Assembly: GCF_001194135.2 (NCBI RefSeq)
Contig: NC_068991.1
Location: forward strand, 6,491,750 to 6,555,749
Length of the DNA: 64,000 bases
Origin: Octopus bimaculoides
Lineage: Eukaryota
Direction: 5' to 3'
The position numbers were made by a program, and so were the translations under genes. The notes under the pieces were generated by a model. It saw nothing but the letters and a program-made list of their open reading frames with translations, did no database searches and was not told where the DNA came from. Positions 1 to 13,000 of the stretch are shown here, one piece after another. Numbering within the stretch: position 1 is the stretch's first letter; the number at the start of each line of letters is the position of its first letter.

Positions 1-802
1 TTTCTTTTTGATATTGCCAGATATTAGTTAATGTTTAGATAATGTAATATATTTGATGGCATGAAAGACACCATTTCCAGAAAAGTGTCTCAAAAATTCA
101 CCCCAGATCCTACATGGAAAGCTGGGCCTATATCACATTCCTTAATGCATTAAATGCGTTTTTTCTTGAATATGTGCTGCTGAAATTATTGTGCCTCTGA
201 TATGCACTGGTACTAGTGCCACATAAGAAGCACTTGTACTGGTGCCATGTAAAAAGCATCCAGTATACTCTATAAAGTGGTTGGCATTAGGAAGGGCATC
301 CAACTGAGAAACTTTGCCAAAATAGACAACGGAACCTGGTGTGGATCTTGGCCTTTCCAGCTCCTGTCAAAATATCCAACCCATGCCAGCTTGGAAAACA
401 ACATTGAATGATGATGCTGTTGATCTTTTATGCCATCAAATTCAGTAAATAAAGACATGTAATACAGTGTTATACATTGCAATGTCTTTTTTAAAATTTA
501 GTGTTTGCATATTGAATTAATTGAAAAGTTATTTTTGTATCTTTGTAGAAGAAAAGAAAATTGGGTGGCATTTTATTTATTTACGTAGAATACTTTTAGA
601 GATACTTCTATACATATGGCGTTATAAATTTCTAGACAAGGGGTATTACAAAACATAGCCTGACTCTTTCTTTTTTTTTTTTTTTTTTTTTTTTTTTTGA
701 TGAGTTGATATAAAAATAATTGCTTTAACAATTTATACAAATTTTAGAACGTGGTCTGTTGTTGAATAATATATAAAAGATTTGTTTCCAATTCTGCTGC
801 AG

Positions 803-864
803 GTATGAGCTAACATCTGCTAATTATGTGACATCTTTGCCAAAGGGCAAACACAGCACTAAAG
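803..864 (+). CDS. PARP1: PARP1 exon ([20 protein letters not shown])
   Basis: ctgcag| ... |gtaagc, 62 nt. Confidence 0.93.
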
Positions 865-2065
865 GTAAGCCTTTCTGCACAAGTATTTGCTGGACAATTA
901 TTGTAGCACAGTTGTCACATTTTCCTTCTGCTATTGAGTGCTTATACTTACACCCCATTCACATGTCTGCACTTTCTTTTGCAGGATGTGGTAGGACAGT
1001 TCCTAATCCTACTGGTCGACAGATGGTTGATGGTGTTGAAGTCCCAATGGGCAAAGGTGTTCCATCAGATATCAACAACTCTAGTCTTTTGTACAATGAG
1101 TATCCTTCATCTAATCGTTCAAAGTTTTTCTTAATATTGTTTTTTGTTAACCTATCATCATCGACCTCGTTATTCAACATCTGTTTTCCATGCTGGTATG
1201 GGTTGGACGGTTTGACAGGAGCTGGCCAGCCAGAGGACTATGCTAAGCTCTGTTGTCTGCTTCAGCATATTTTCTGTGGCTGGATGCCCTGCCTAACATT
1301 ACCCACTTTACAGAGTGTACTCATTGCTTTTTTCGTGACACCGCTATAGTTTGCATGTGTGTTCTTATCTATTCCCTTTCTGCACATCAAGCATAACCAT
1401 TTCCCAGATGTTAGTAGAGTTCTCTTTTCTGTCATAGCCTCATAAAGAAGGTATCAGGGCTTTCTTTGTCTCGACACACACCTAAACATCTCATTGAATC
1501 TAATTCTTTTTCTTATTGACTCTTTTATAATTCTCTTTGTCACTTTTATAATTCTCTTTGTCACTTTTATAATTTTCTCTCTCTCTTCTTTCTCTGTCAC
1601 ACACACGATGCACATGGGGCTTAAGTATTTAATTGGTTATATATAATACATGTTTTTAACTCATGGGGTAACATGTATTATATATTCTGTAAGAGTACAC
1701 ATGTACATGTAAGCAAAGACGTTTTTGTAAATGACTATTTGATGGTATTATAAGACACACTTTCTTTTCAAAAATTACCCTGGATCTCATATGCCAAGTT
1801 GGGCCTCCCATGAGCATTAATGCTCTAAAACCGTTTTCCTTTGAATATGTGCCGTTGAAATTAAGATGTGTCTAAAATACCCACGTGTCTTTTATGCCAT
1901 CAGATACAGTATATATTTTTATCTCTGCTTTCCATTGTAACTGTTAGTATTTTAACAATTTTTATGCTATTTCACCTTAACCACATCACTAGATATATTG
2001 TGTATGATACTGCTCAAGTGAAAATCAAATATTTGCTTAGATTGAGGTTTAACTACAGATGGTGA
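803..2065 (+). CDS. PARP1: Poly(ADP-ribose) polymerase 1, 3' part (last 3 coding exons: 803-864, 985-1099, 1993-2065; gene begins upstream of window)
   Basis: Spliced translation (M)[82 protein letters not shown] matches the PARP1 catalytic C-terminus (human LPKGKHSVKG...[26 protein letters not shown]); splice phases 2/1/2 are consistent; AATAAA at 2161. Confidence 0.95.
985..1099 (+). CDS. PARP1: PARP1 exon (GCGRTVPNP...SLLYNE)
   Basis: ttgcag| ... GA|gtatcctt, 115 nt. Confidence 0.93.
1100..1992 (+). other. U12-type (minor spliceosome) GT-AG intron of PARP1
   Basis: 5' site GTATCCTT(C), branch TTCACCTTAAC at 1971-1981 only 11 nt from the AG, no polypyrimidine tract. Confidence 0.9.
1993..2065 (+). 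CDS. PARP1: PARP1 terminal exon (YIVYDTAQ...RW*)
   Basis: cactag|A TAT ATT; stop TGA 2063-2065. Confidence 0.93.
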
Positions 2066-2638
2066 ATGTGCCTTTACAGTGATGAAACCGAAAGAGAGAG
2101 ACTGAATGAAAGCTACAGAACTGACACCTTTTATCTACTTTGTTTTAATCTGTGATTTCTAATAAAAAAAACAACCCCTTTTTCTCTGCCTTTGATGACA
2201 CAGCTGTCTAGCACCGTTGACATAAACTGCTTTCTCATTTGTTCTTACTCCATGATGGCAACTATTATGTTAAATCTCATTTGTGTTTCACATACTACAT
2301 AAAACACTATTTTATACAGGATTTTACTAAATTTTTTATCTGATTTTTAGTTAGTATTTTCCTATTTGTTGAATTTTTTCCCCACCTCTCCAAACATGTG
2401 ACTTATTTACTCTTATTGTTAAAAACTACAGTGATAGTGAAAATTTATCCAATAAATAATCAACTATTTTCTAATTTCAAAGTAACTATTAGTTTATGTT
2501 CACCTTTCTGATTCATTCTTCTATTTCATATTGTTGATCATAAAATATATTAACTCATGGATGTGGTAGAAATAAATTCATATTTTCCACCACTTTAAAC
2601 ACCTTTGTGATTTTAGATTAATTGCTGCTAATCTTTAA

Positions 2639-2859
2639 CCCTTTAGTATTAAGATTACTCTGTCAGATTTAATGCCAGTTTATCCACGTTTTTTTTTTAT
2701 TGATCCTACATTATCTCATGGTTTTGAGATTTCAATGATGTGATTGCTCATTTTTAGAATGACATTGTAAGGGACACATGAAAGTCCGAATCTGGCTGGT
2801 TTAAGCTTAAAACAGATGGAATATGTGGGCCAGGTATGGCCAGTTAAGATGCTAGAGGG
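2639..2859. mobile_element. piggyBac-like MITE
   Basis: TTAA at both flanks (2635-8, 2860-3), termini CCCTTTAG / CTAGAGGG; related ends near 4714, 8318, 26085, 35135. Confidence 0.72.
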
Positions 2860-5703
2860 TTAAAATTTTTCATTTTGTTCTAATAAATTTCTGAATAATC
2901 CTTCTTTGGAAGCATTACATCTATTTATAGACACAAAAAAATAAGTTCCTTTCAGTTGATTTTGTTTTAAATGTTATATCTCTCAACTCTTTATTTTTAT
3001 TATTTTTGTTTTTAGCACATTCCAAATTAATCTAATACTCATTGCTAAGTTGAGAGTTAATAATTATAAATGAAGTAATGAAATCATATTAAAGACAGTT
3101 TGTAAAATTAATGAAAACTTTGGACTGATATCATCCCAGGTGACATTCATTCTCTAATGAAATATTTGATCTTGATACTCTAATAAATGAATTGGAAAAG
3201 GATAAGGTTTATTTAACTTTCTCCGATGAGTAATTTTTCCCTTCATTTTTCATGGGGAGGAAAGGTACTGTTGAGTTCTTTGTCCAGGTATAGGACAGTG
3301 TTATTAAAAAAATGAAGATTACTGTTAGGTCGAATGTCTTATTCAGAAGATCGTTATATTTCTTCATAACTTTCATAGAATTCATTTTGATTTCTTTTTT
3401 CTTGTCTTCAAAATATTCCTTAAAATGTTTCCTTTTGTGGATAATTCCTTGACATAACTTGGTTACATTTCTACCAAGATATCACCAGCCCCCAAAAATC
3501 ATTTACTTTAAAAATGTGCTTATTTTAAAAAGTAGTCAAGTGATTTTTTTTTTTCTATTCCAACTGTGCCTCATTGTTGTAAATTTATCCAACTTTCTAA
3601 TATTGTTTAAAACCCATTTATATTCAGGTTTTCCTTGATTAATTCTTCCTCTCTCATTTCATTTTCATTTGACCATTTTCTTCTATGCAAGTTGTTTTTA
3701 TTTTTTTACATTTTTACTTGAAAGTATTAGAGATGAATTTTCTTGTTAATACTGCTAAAAGCTTTCTTGTTGGCCATTCTGTGATTATGTTTATTTTTGA
3801 CATCATATCACTTAATCCCTTATGTTCACCTTTTTATATTTTATAATCATATGAAACATCAGGAAATTGTTGTATAATGTGTATTCTCATAGTTAAACAA
3901 ATAACATAACCATTTATTCATGACTTTACTCGACTTCTGCTATTGCACGTAGTTGACAAGAATTTATGCTACCAGCACTGAATTTTTCAGGCTGCTGCTA
4001 GCTGTCAAAATGCTGCTGCACACCTCTGCAGTGGTCACCACAACTTGTGAAAGGAAAGTCGTTTTTGAAAAATAATTTTATATCATGCATGGGTTGTATG
4101 AAATTGATAATAAAGAATTTCTGTTGTAATAAAAAAAAAATTGTTTATTATATTTTTTATTTTTTTAAACTTTTTTTTGGCATAATTATAAATTTTTTGC
4201 TGGAAACATATTACTTAGAGAAGTAACCACAAAGTTTTAACATTTATTGTGCAACCAAGCATACAACTATGGAAATACATTTCTTCAAATACCATTGCAT
4301 ACTACTGTATAGGACACTATTAATGTTACTTGGGTACATAACCATTTACCAGTAGAATCTGGTGCAATATCATGTAATATTGGTTTTATTTATTTTTTTA
4401 AACTTGTTTCAGTCATTAGTAAGATAGGGATCAAAAGAGTCGACCTAAGTAAGATAGGGATCAAAAGGGTCCGTAGGGAAAAAATGGTTGAGAACCACTG
4501 TTCTAATGCAAGAAAATTTTTCCAAAAATATTGTTTATAAACTACTTGTAATTTAATTATGTAAATCAGCAAGCTAATTAAAACTTTGTCGATGACTACA
4601 CAGCAGTTTTGTGAATTTTTAAAAAATCTCTTCTGTGGTCGCACAATTTTGTGAGATCTTTATACCAAGAAATTATTTCAATACATATGTTGTAAAATAA
4701 CACGATTATTCCTTTAACCCTTTTGTTACCATACTTCTGTTGAAATACACTGGTCTTTGTTTGACTTAATTTTGAAAATACTGAATAATTTAGTTGAAAT
4801 AACTGTCATTATTAAGCTGGTGTTTGAAACATAAATTTTGATGGAAGTTTTTAATTTGAGTCACAAGAAGTTTATAGCAAAAGACCATGGGCAATCTCAA
4901 GCAAAGGCTTAAAAACTGAATGATTAATATTGTGTAATGGCTGATTAATAATGTTGAACTGGGTAATAATGTCTAATAATTGATATATAAAATTTTTGTC
5001 AACAGATTTCTTATTGAAAACTTCTCAATGATTAGTTAATTCTGACATCCTCACCTATTTCTTTTTTATATCTTGAGCTATTTGTTAATATGATTTTATA
5101 TACACAAGAAAAACAGTTTAACATTAAACTAAAAAATCACTCAGTATTTTTTAAAGAATACATGTTTATTAAATTTTTACCAGCAGAGGTGTGACAATGA
5201 CTTCAAACTTTCAATCTTCTAGCCTTCATCATATGTGTCTATATATATGATCCAGTTCTATGAACCTGATGAATTATGTTTGTTTTGCAAGCCTTTGAAA
5301 CTCTAAGTTGCATGGACCTGAATCAGACTGTTGTTAAATAATATATGTAATCCTACTAAACATGTTGAGTGCCACTTGTTTTTTTGTTTGTCCACTTATA
5401 TACTATCATCATCATTGTTTAATTTCTAACTTCCATGCTGGCATGGGTTGGATGGTTTGACAGGAGCTGTACAGGGAGAAGACTGGACCAGACTTCTGTG
5501 TCTGTTTTGACATGGTTTTTATAGCTGGATGCCCTTTTTATATTATGGAAACTGAGCAGCTGGTCCCACAGCAGGGTCCAGAAGTTGATATTTAATTTTA
5601 CCCTTTTAGCACAAATTACTTTATCATCTTAGGTATACTATTCCACTTCAGCTGTACACATAAGAACTGAAATATTGGCTACCAAATTGGATGGTTTTGA
5701 AAT

Positions 5704-6045
5704 CATCATCATCATCGTTTAACGTCCGCTTTCCATGCTAGCATGGGTTGGACGACTTGACTGAGGACTGGTGAAACCGGATGGCAACACCAGGCTCCAA
5801 TCTAAATTTGGCAGAGTTTCTACAGCTGGATGCCCTTCCTAACGCCAACCACTCAGAGAGTGTAGTAGGTGCTTTTACGTGTCACATGCACGAAGGCCAG
5901 TCAGGCGATACTGGCAACGGCCACGCTCGAAATGGTGTCTTTTATGTGCCACCCGCACAAGCCAGTCCAGGGGCACTGGCAACGATCTCGCTCGAAAATC
6001 CTACGGGAGCCAGTCAGGCGGTACTGGCAACGGCCAATTTATCTA
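5704..6045 (-). mobile_element. SINE family C (RTE-type 3' tail ending in (GAT)n), with internal triplicated GCCAGTCAGGCGGTACTGGCAACG unit
   Basis: Core GGCGTTAGGAAGGGCATCCAGC...CCAACCCATGCTAGCATGGAAAGCGGACGTTAAACGATGATGAT recurs at about 205-420(+), 1160-1345(-), 5405-5535(-), 12200-12360(-), 12770-13022(+), 14020-14200(-), 20860-20999(+), 29045-29145(-). Confidence 0.85.
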
Positions 6046-6049
6046 GGTA

Positions 6050-6400
6050 CATGCGTGGCTGTGTGGTAAGAAGTTTGCTTCTCAGCCGCATGGTTCTAGG
6101 TTCAGTTCTACTGTGTAGCACCTTGAGCAAGTGTCTTCTATAGCGTTGGACCAACCAAAGCCTTGTGAATAGATTTGGTAGAAGGAAACTGAAAGAAGCC
6201 TGTCATATGTCTTTGTCCTCTGCCGCTTGACAAACTGTGTTGGTGTGTTTATGTCCCTGTAACTTAGTGGTTCAACAAAAGAGACCAACAGAGCAAGCAC
6301 CAGGCTTTTAAAAAAAGTAAGCCCTGGGGTTGATTTATTTGACTAAAATTTTTTCAAGGCAATGCTCCAGCATGGCTACAGTCTAATGACAAACAAGTAC
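6050..6400 (+). mobile_element. tRNA-derived SINE family A
   Basis: A/B-box head TGGCTGTGTGGTAAG...GGTTCAGT, body CACCTTGGGCAAGTGTCTTC...GAAACTGAAAGAAGCC; further copies near 11330, 11890, 15230, 24540-24870, 26580-26920, 28060-28545, 29250, 30195, 37760, 41050, 49990, 53800, 58490, 62230, 63130. Confidence 0.85.
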
Positions 6401-7002
6401 AAAATGAAGGAGACCTTAGTATTTATTTATGAAAAATTAAAATAAAAAGTTTTAAAAAACATTTAATATGAAAAAAAAAGGGTGGTTGATCAAGCAGACC
6501 TATGATTAGGCATTCTTGCCATGACCATCCAGTCTTTGCTGTAGATTGGGAGTCCTTCTCTAGTTTTAGATAGTAGAATATGATTTGAGGGAATTCTGCT
6601 GCTATTTCTTGCAAGTCGAGCGACTACGTAAGATACTCCCTCATTGGCTCGATTAGTTGAAGGTTGTGTTGAGACTCGGGTCAACACCGATCGAGATGTA
6701 TAGTCAAAAATGCCCCAACTATAGACATCCTGTCTTATTTTCAAGCATAGTCTACAAAGGAATACGTTATATAAAGTACCATTAGTTTTAAGGTGGCAGT
6801 GTATGACTTTAGGGAAATTTTGCTGCTATTTCTAGCAGATCGAGCACAACATCGTTGAGGTTAAATTTATCTTCTGTAGAACATCTTCGGCAAGTATTTC
6901 CTCTCCATCCTCTCTCTCTCTTATAATAATGTTTGAGTCAGTTGTAGGTTGCATTGAGTATAAAGTGGAGTTATCTGCCGCTAGATGTCACCTCCTGCCA
7001 AC

Positions 7003-7042
7003 ATGGCGTCACCAAGTGCGGGCAATTCGGATCTCGATGCTG
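7003..7042 (+). CDS. LIN52: LIN52 exon 1 (MASPSAGNSDLDA)
   Basis: aacATGG start, donor gtaaca, phase 1 fits exon 2; in-frame upstream ATG at 6985. Confidence 0.8.
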
Positions 7043-10000
7043 GTAACAAATTACGTTTTTCTTATTTTAACTCAATAATTTATTAGTTTTCCCTTTTTAC
7101 CATAATTTAATCCAGAAAAGAATAATAGAAAAACATTTAATTTGCGTTTATCAACTTCCAATCAGCAGCTAAACACAAGTTTTATCGACAGCATGGAAGT
7201 TGTCAGCTGTCTCGAATAAAAATACAAGAAATTAACAAAACATTTTTAGGACTTTCTCTTTTCCTGATAGTTTTTTTCTGCTTCCCTCCTTAATATCTTT
7301 TAATTAATTTAATTAACTTTAGCCTACTTGTCTTGTTTAATAGCCTCTGGATGTATTTCGCCCAACAATTTAGTTATAATGTTATGTGTTTATTCAAATG
7401 GAAGATTTCACGAACTCGTTCACTAATGTTTCCTCGATCAGTGACATTTTTAGCAATCTATATTATTCGATCTTTCTCTTTTTCTGTTTCCCTTCGTTGC
7501 ATTATTTAAAGTTTACCTCAAACCCGACTGCCTTTATATAGCAGTTTATCCATTTAGTCAGAGGTTATCGTGGAATGTAGAGACACTTATACATACACCT
7601 GTATTATAAAAGCCAAGCTACCGCGGATTTCAACTCGATGGAAGATTTGAGCTTGGAACTTCTAGCTAAAGAGACACTGTAATAATAATTACAGTGTTTC
7701 CACCACTCATAACCGGATGCTGTATCTTTCCACCGAACATATTTTCAACTATTTGGATTGCGCCAGTTTTGGAAAACGGTTCTGCTTGGAATCCCAATGT
7801 TCCACGAGATACCAACTCGACCTCTCGGTCAGCAAGCGGTCGCTTTGTTCACTCTTCCATTTCTGATTCAGCTAAAATAAACATGTTTTAAAATCTCCGT
7901 TTGGTTTTGATTCCGTCCTGGATTTTATATACAGCAGTTTTATACACAAGCTTGCTTATAACTACTCTCATAAACTTTACTCGGTATTTTGTATGTTTTT
8001 TTTTAATGCTTTTATTACTAGTTTTAAAGAAATCCAAAGTAAAACTTTTTTTTCTTAGACGTCAGCTATAGTTTCTAATACCAATGACGCAGTTATCAAC
8101 TTGTCCTTTCTTCTGACACGTCTGCTGCAATATAGAATCGAACTAATTTTCTTTTCTATTAAAAGCAGTTGTTTCTCTTTTGATTATTATTACTTAACCC
8201 AAATGACATATCTTTTTTTTTTTTCGAAACCATGTTACTGAATAACAGCTACCAACATTTGTCTTTCTCTCATGCACATAAAAATATTTTCATCACTTTT
8301 AACAAGAATTGAGTCTTTAACCCTTTGCCTGTTCAAAACATTTTTATAAGTTTGTCCGAAACGTCAGTACTTGTTTTTAGACTTTGTGTTAGCCATTGTT
8401 TCATATGTTCTAAGCAATATAAAACTTTCCTTTCATAAGCCCCAAGTTGCTCTCGTGGGTGAAACAGATTGGGAATGTGTATCATATAAAACGCATGGAT
8501 ACTAGGGAAATATGTCCTGTTAATCAAATGTGATGCACAGGGACAGACAAATTGATACACTATGTTGCCATTCTAAATCCTCTGTTCTGGCTGCAAGAGT
8601 TCTGTCTTCATTGAACGAGCAACTGGTGTACCATGTTTGACTAAACCCACCTCTTCTCTTGGCTTCCAGATCCTTTTATAAAACCTTTGCCTGTCTAATT
8701 CTTCTTTCTCAATATGTGCTCCCCACTCTCTCTCTCTCTCTCCTTTCACCTATGTGCCCTCCCTTCTCTCCTTTCATATATTCCTTGTGAGATATCAGTG
8801 TGAATATTAATTGTATTGCTTCCGCTTGTCTGCAAAAGACTGGAATAGCTATGGCATTACTCTACCTCCTCTTCCTCCTCCTAATTGAAAAAATAAATCA
8901 TAAAAAGGCATGTGTCCATAACTTTTATATATCTAGGTAAGCCATCTGTTTCAATCTACTTTATACATTAGTCTTATTTCATTTTAAAATAATGTTTGTC
9001 ACTTTTGAACATATCTCAAGATTATTAAAATACTAGCTGACCTCGTGCCATCAAAAATGACTGCTAATTGTAGTATTTTATGTGTAAATATGGATGGTAA
9101 ATCAAATTAATGCACTTGTCACTGTTATCTAGTGGTTTTCTTTTGAGATGTGACATCAATCATCGTTTGTTACTGAAAGAACGATAGTTCAAACATTTAC
9201 ATACCTCCCTTGTTCACACATACACACATATACTCACACAGAGTTGAAACGCTGCTTGACTTTTCTTTTCAGCGTTGAACGCTCACCATCCCGCTTCCAT
9301 TGCACACACATACACACACACAAACATTCACATATCTTCCTTTTACATACACACACACATATACTCACTCAGAGTTGAAACGCTCCCACTACCAGTTTAC
9401 CATCATTCCTTCCTTCCTTATTCATCCATCACCCCTTCCTTTCTCATTCATATGTTGTGACAGAGAAAAATGCAAGAGTATTATTATAGTAGATATTAGA
9501 AAGTGAACAATGTTTTGTTTAACAGACTGTGAGCAGACATTGATGAGTTATGAAAAATTGGACAGATCATCTCCTGACTTATGGCCTGAACAAAGTAAGT
9601 ATGTTTATGTTTGTGTGTCTATAAACAAAGTATTTTACTTTGTTTGAACTATTTGGGGATTAAGATATCATATTGATTTTATCAAGAGTGTGTTGATACA
9701 TTGTTCTCTTAGTTCTGTAAAATATTTCGTTGTTGTCCCATATATGTTATTAATCACGTGACTAGTCTGAATTATTTGCTGTCATCATAACCAGCTTGTG
9801 ATGACAATATTTGTTATCTTTAGTGAAAACTTTGCCTTGTTGATAAAGCTGTGTAACAATTCCTGCCTGTTGTTGTGTCCAGAAGTTTCACTCAATTCTT
9901 CTTCTTGAATACACTGACAGCACTACAGTAGTAGCTCACTAAAGATGTTTAACCATCAGTCTTGCTACATCCAGTGAAGGCACATGGCTCAGTGCTTAGA

Positions 10001-13000
10001 GCATTGGGCTCACAATCACGAGGTAGTGAGTTCAATTCCTGGACTGGGCTGTATGTTGTATTGTTGAGCCAGACACTTATTTCGTGTTACTCCAGAGATG
10101 AGTTGCGATGTCACTAGTGCCATTTGCCTTTCCATACAACAACATTGGTGGTGTGGAGAGGGGCGGATGATATGCATGGGCGACTGCTGGTCTTCCATAA
10201 ACAACCTTTCCTGGATTTGTGCCTCGGAGAGGAACTTTCTAAGTGCAATCCCATGGTCATTCACGACCGAAGGGGGTCTTTACCTTTACCTGCTACATCT
10301 ATTATTAAGAGAATAAAATCATTTCTATCATTTAAAATTTTATCTTAAAATATGCATTTTAAAGAGGGTTGGGAGAGGAGGAGTGTAGCGGGGGAAATTT
10401 GTCTGCTACATTGAGTAAACTGGGTGGTTATATAAAACGGGTCTGTAAAGAACCAGTTGTTGTTTAACCTCCAAGTCAGCCTCAAAGCAGTGAATTGTCA
10501 GAATTGTTAGAGCAAATGACGAAATACCTTGTGGTGTTTGGTTATGGTACTTCACATCTTGAGTTCAAATCCTGCTGAGACTGGCTTTGCATTCCATCCT
10601 TCCAAGATTGAAATGCTGTACAATATAAACTGCTTATGAATATTATGTTCTTACACACACACACACACAAGGCAAAAAAAGGTTTTCTGCAGGCATAGTA
10701 TATCTGGGCTACATTATCTAATGTGTGTTTTTTATTAAAACTGTCAAGTATGATTTGAGGAAGCTTTGACTGCTATCTATAGCATGTCAAATGATCACAT
10801 GTATGGAAGTGGCTCCCTTGTGGACTTGTATAATAATAATACCAGTGGCATTATGTTTAGTGGTAGAAGTTTAAAGATAGCACAATTGGTGGTGACTTAC
10901 TAATTTTTAATATTAGGAAAGTGGCGAGTTGGTAGAGTCGTTAGCACACCGGGTATTTCACTTGTTGCTATGTTCTGAGTTCAAATTCTGCCGAGGTCAA
11001 CTTAGCCTTTTATCCTTTTGGGGTCGATAAATTAAGTACCAGTGAAATCGACTAGTCCCCTCCCCACCAAATTCGAGGCTTTGTGCTTCCAGTAAAAAGG
11101 ATTAATCCTTAATGTTAGGAATTTGAAATGTTTTTCATAGAGTTGTACCTAAAATTTTTCTTTTTCATCTTTTTTACATTATAATCCTTAGTACCAGGTG
11201 TATCAGAGTTTGCTGCCAACCAAAGTGTAAGTACCTCTTGTGTTTAACCTTTGAAACATTGTTCTCCTGTTGCCTCTTTTAGTCAGTAAATAACATAGGT
11301 TCCATATGTTAGTGTTCTATGATTGTAGTGCATGGCTGTGTGGTTAAGAAATTTGTTTCTCAGTCATCTGGTTTCAGGTTCAGTTCTGCTGCATGGCACT
11401 TTCAGCATATGCCTTATACTATAACCCTGGGCCAACCTAAGCCCTATGAGGGGGTGCAAACTGAAGAAACCCGTTGTATATATGAGGGGGTGCTGGAAAG
11501 TTCCTGGCTTTGAGTAAAAGAAAATACAAGAGGTTCACTTAATTATGATTTTATTCATCATATTCCCCTCTCGGATACACACACTTATTGCAGCAGTCCT
11601 TCAGTTTTTTTAAGCCCTGTAAAAGAACTCAGAAGGTTGGGCCTCTAACCAGGTCTTTCTCGACACTCTTAAAGTTAGAAACCTCTATATGTGACTCATC
11701 CATGGATGAGTTCATGAACTTTGGATCTTTTCTCTAAATTATATATTTATATATTATATACTGTGAAACTTAATTTAATTTTAATTTTTGATAAATTGAA
11801 TTTAATTGGGTTTTTACCTGTAAATTTGGATTTTTATCCCTAATATTATATATATATATATATATACACACACACTCACACACACACATACAGAAGATAG
11901 GCTTCTTTCAGTTTTTGTCTCCCAAATCCACTCACAAGATTTTGGCTGGCCAGGGGCTGTAGCAGAAGATATTTGCCCAAGACCACATGGTTAGGGAAAT
12001 CTATCATTACCACAATGACCTGAAGACTTATTCCTTTTTCTATTCTATTCATTGATGGATTCGTTTTATATTCCAGCCTTTCTCCGCTTCAAATTTCTCT
12101 AAAGAAATAGATGATCAAGATGATATAGAACTTCTTCAAGGTATGCATCTTTTTTCTTTCTTTTCTTTCTTTCTTTCTTCATTGTCATTTACTGCCTACT
12201 TTCTATATTGGTATGGGTTAGACGGTTTGATTGAAACTAGTAAGCTGAAGAGCTACACTGGACTCCAGCCTGATTTGGCATGGTTTCTATGGCTGTATGC
12301 CCTTCTTAACATCAACCACTCCAAGAGTGTTATAGATGCTTTTTACATGCCACCAGCATTAGCCACAACTACAATTTCACTTGGTTTGACAGGTCTTCAC
12401 AAGCACAGTATATCGCCAAAGGTCTCGGTCATTTAACATTGCCTCTGTGAAGGTGCATGGCTCAGTGGTTAGAGTGTCGAACTTACGGCTGTGAGGTTGT
12501 GAGGGTCTTTATTCTTTTTTACACATATATCTGCCTCTATCTCTCTCATTTTTCTGACAGAAAGCATTGCAAACAGAAAAGAACTATTATATGTATTGTC
12601 TTTGCCTGTTCAACATCCCCAAAATTACTTTCCTTTTTCAATTTGTGGTTTTCTGTTGAACCTCTGCTGTGTGTTCAACTTTGCCATTGATTTTTGAAAT
12701 AAGTACTAGCACTTCTAATGAAATTTAACATTTCAAATGACCATTTCAATTGATTTGGGGAAGTTCTCATGTTTCGGTGGCATGTGAAATACATCATCCG
12801 AATGCAGTCATTACCAGTGCCCCCTGACTGGCTTCCGTGCCGGTGGCATGTAAAATGCACCCCCTACACTCTCGGAGTGGTTGGCATTAGGAAGGTCATC
12901 CAGCTGTTGAATCATTGCCAAATCAGATTGGAGCCTGATGCAGCTGCTGGCTCTCCAGACCTCAGTCAAACCGTCCAACCCATGCCATCATAGAAAACGG

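Noticed and set aside
828-1349. 173-aa ORF as a single gene
   Set aside because: Read-through of two PARP1 exons, intron sequence and a SINE
3000-3800. Possible LINE ORF2 relic downstream of PARP1
   Set aside because: Only faint motif echoes with many stops; cannot be supported without a profile search
5781-6143. 120-aa ORF and similar ORFs (12143, 13838, 28388, 42053)
   Set aside because: Lie within SINE/LINE relics, mostly antisense
9976-10050. tRNA gene (also heads at 6050, 12450, 30195, 62477)
   Set aside because: A/B boxes present but no complete cloverleaf, and each continues into a SINE body
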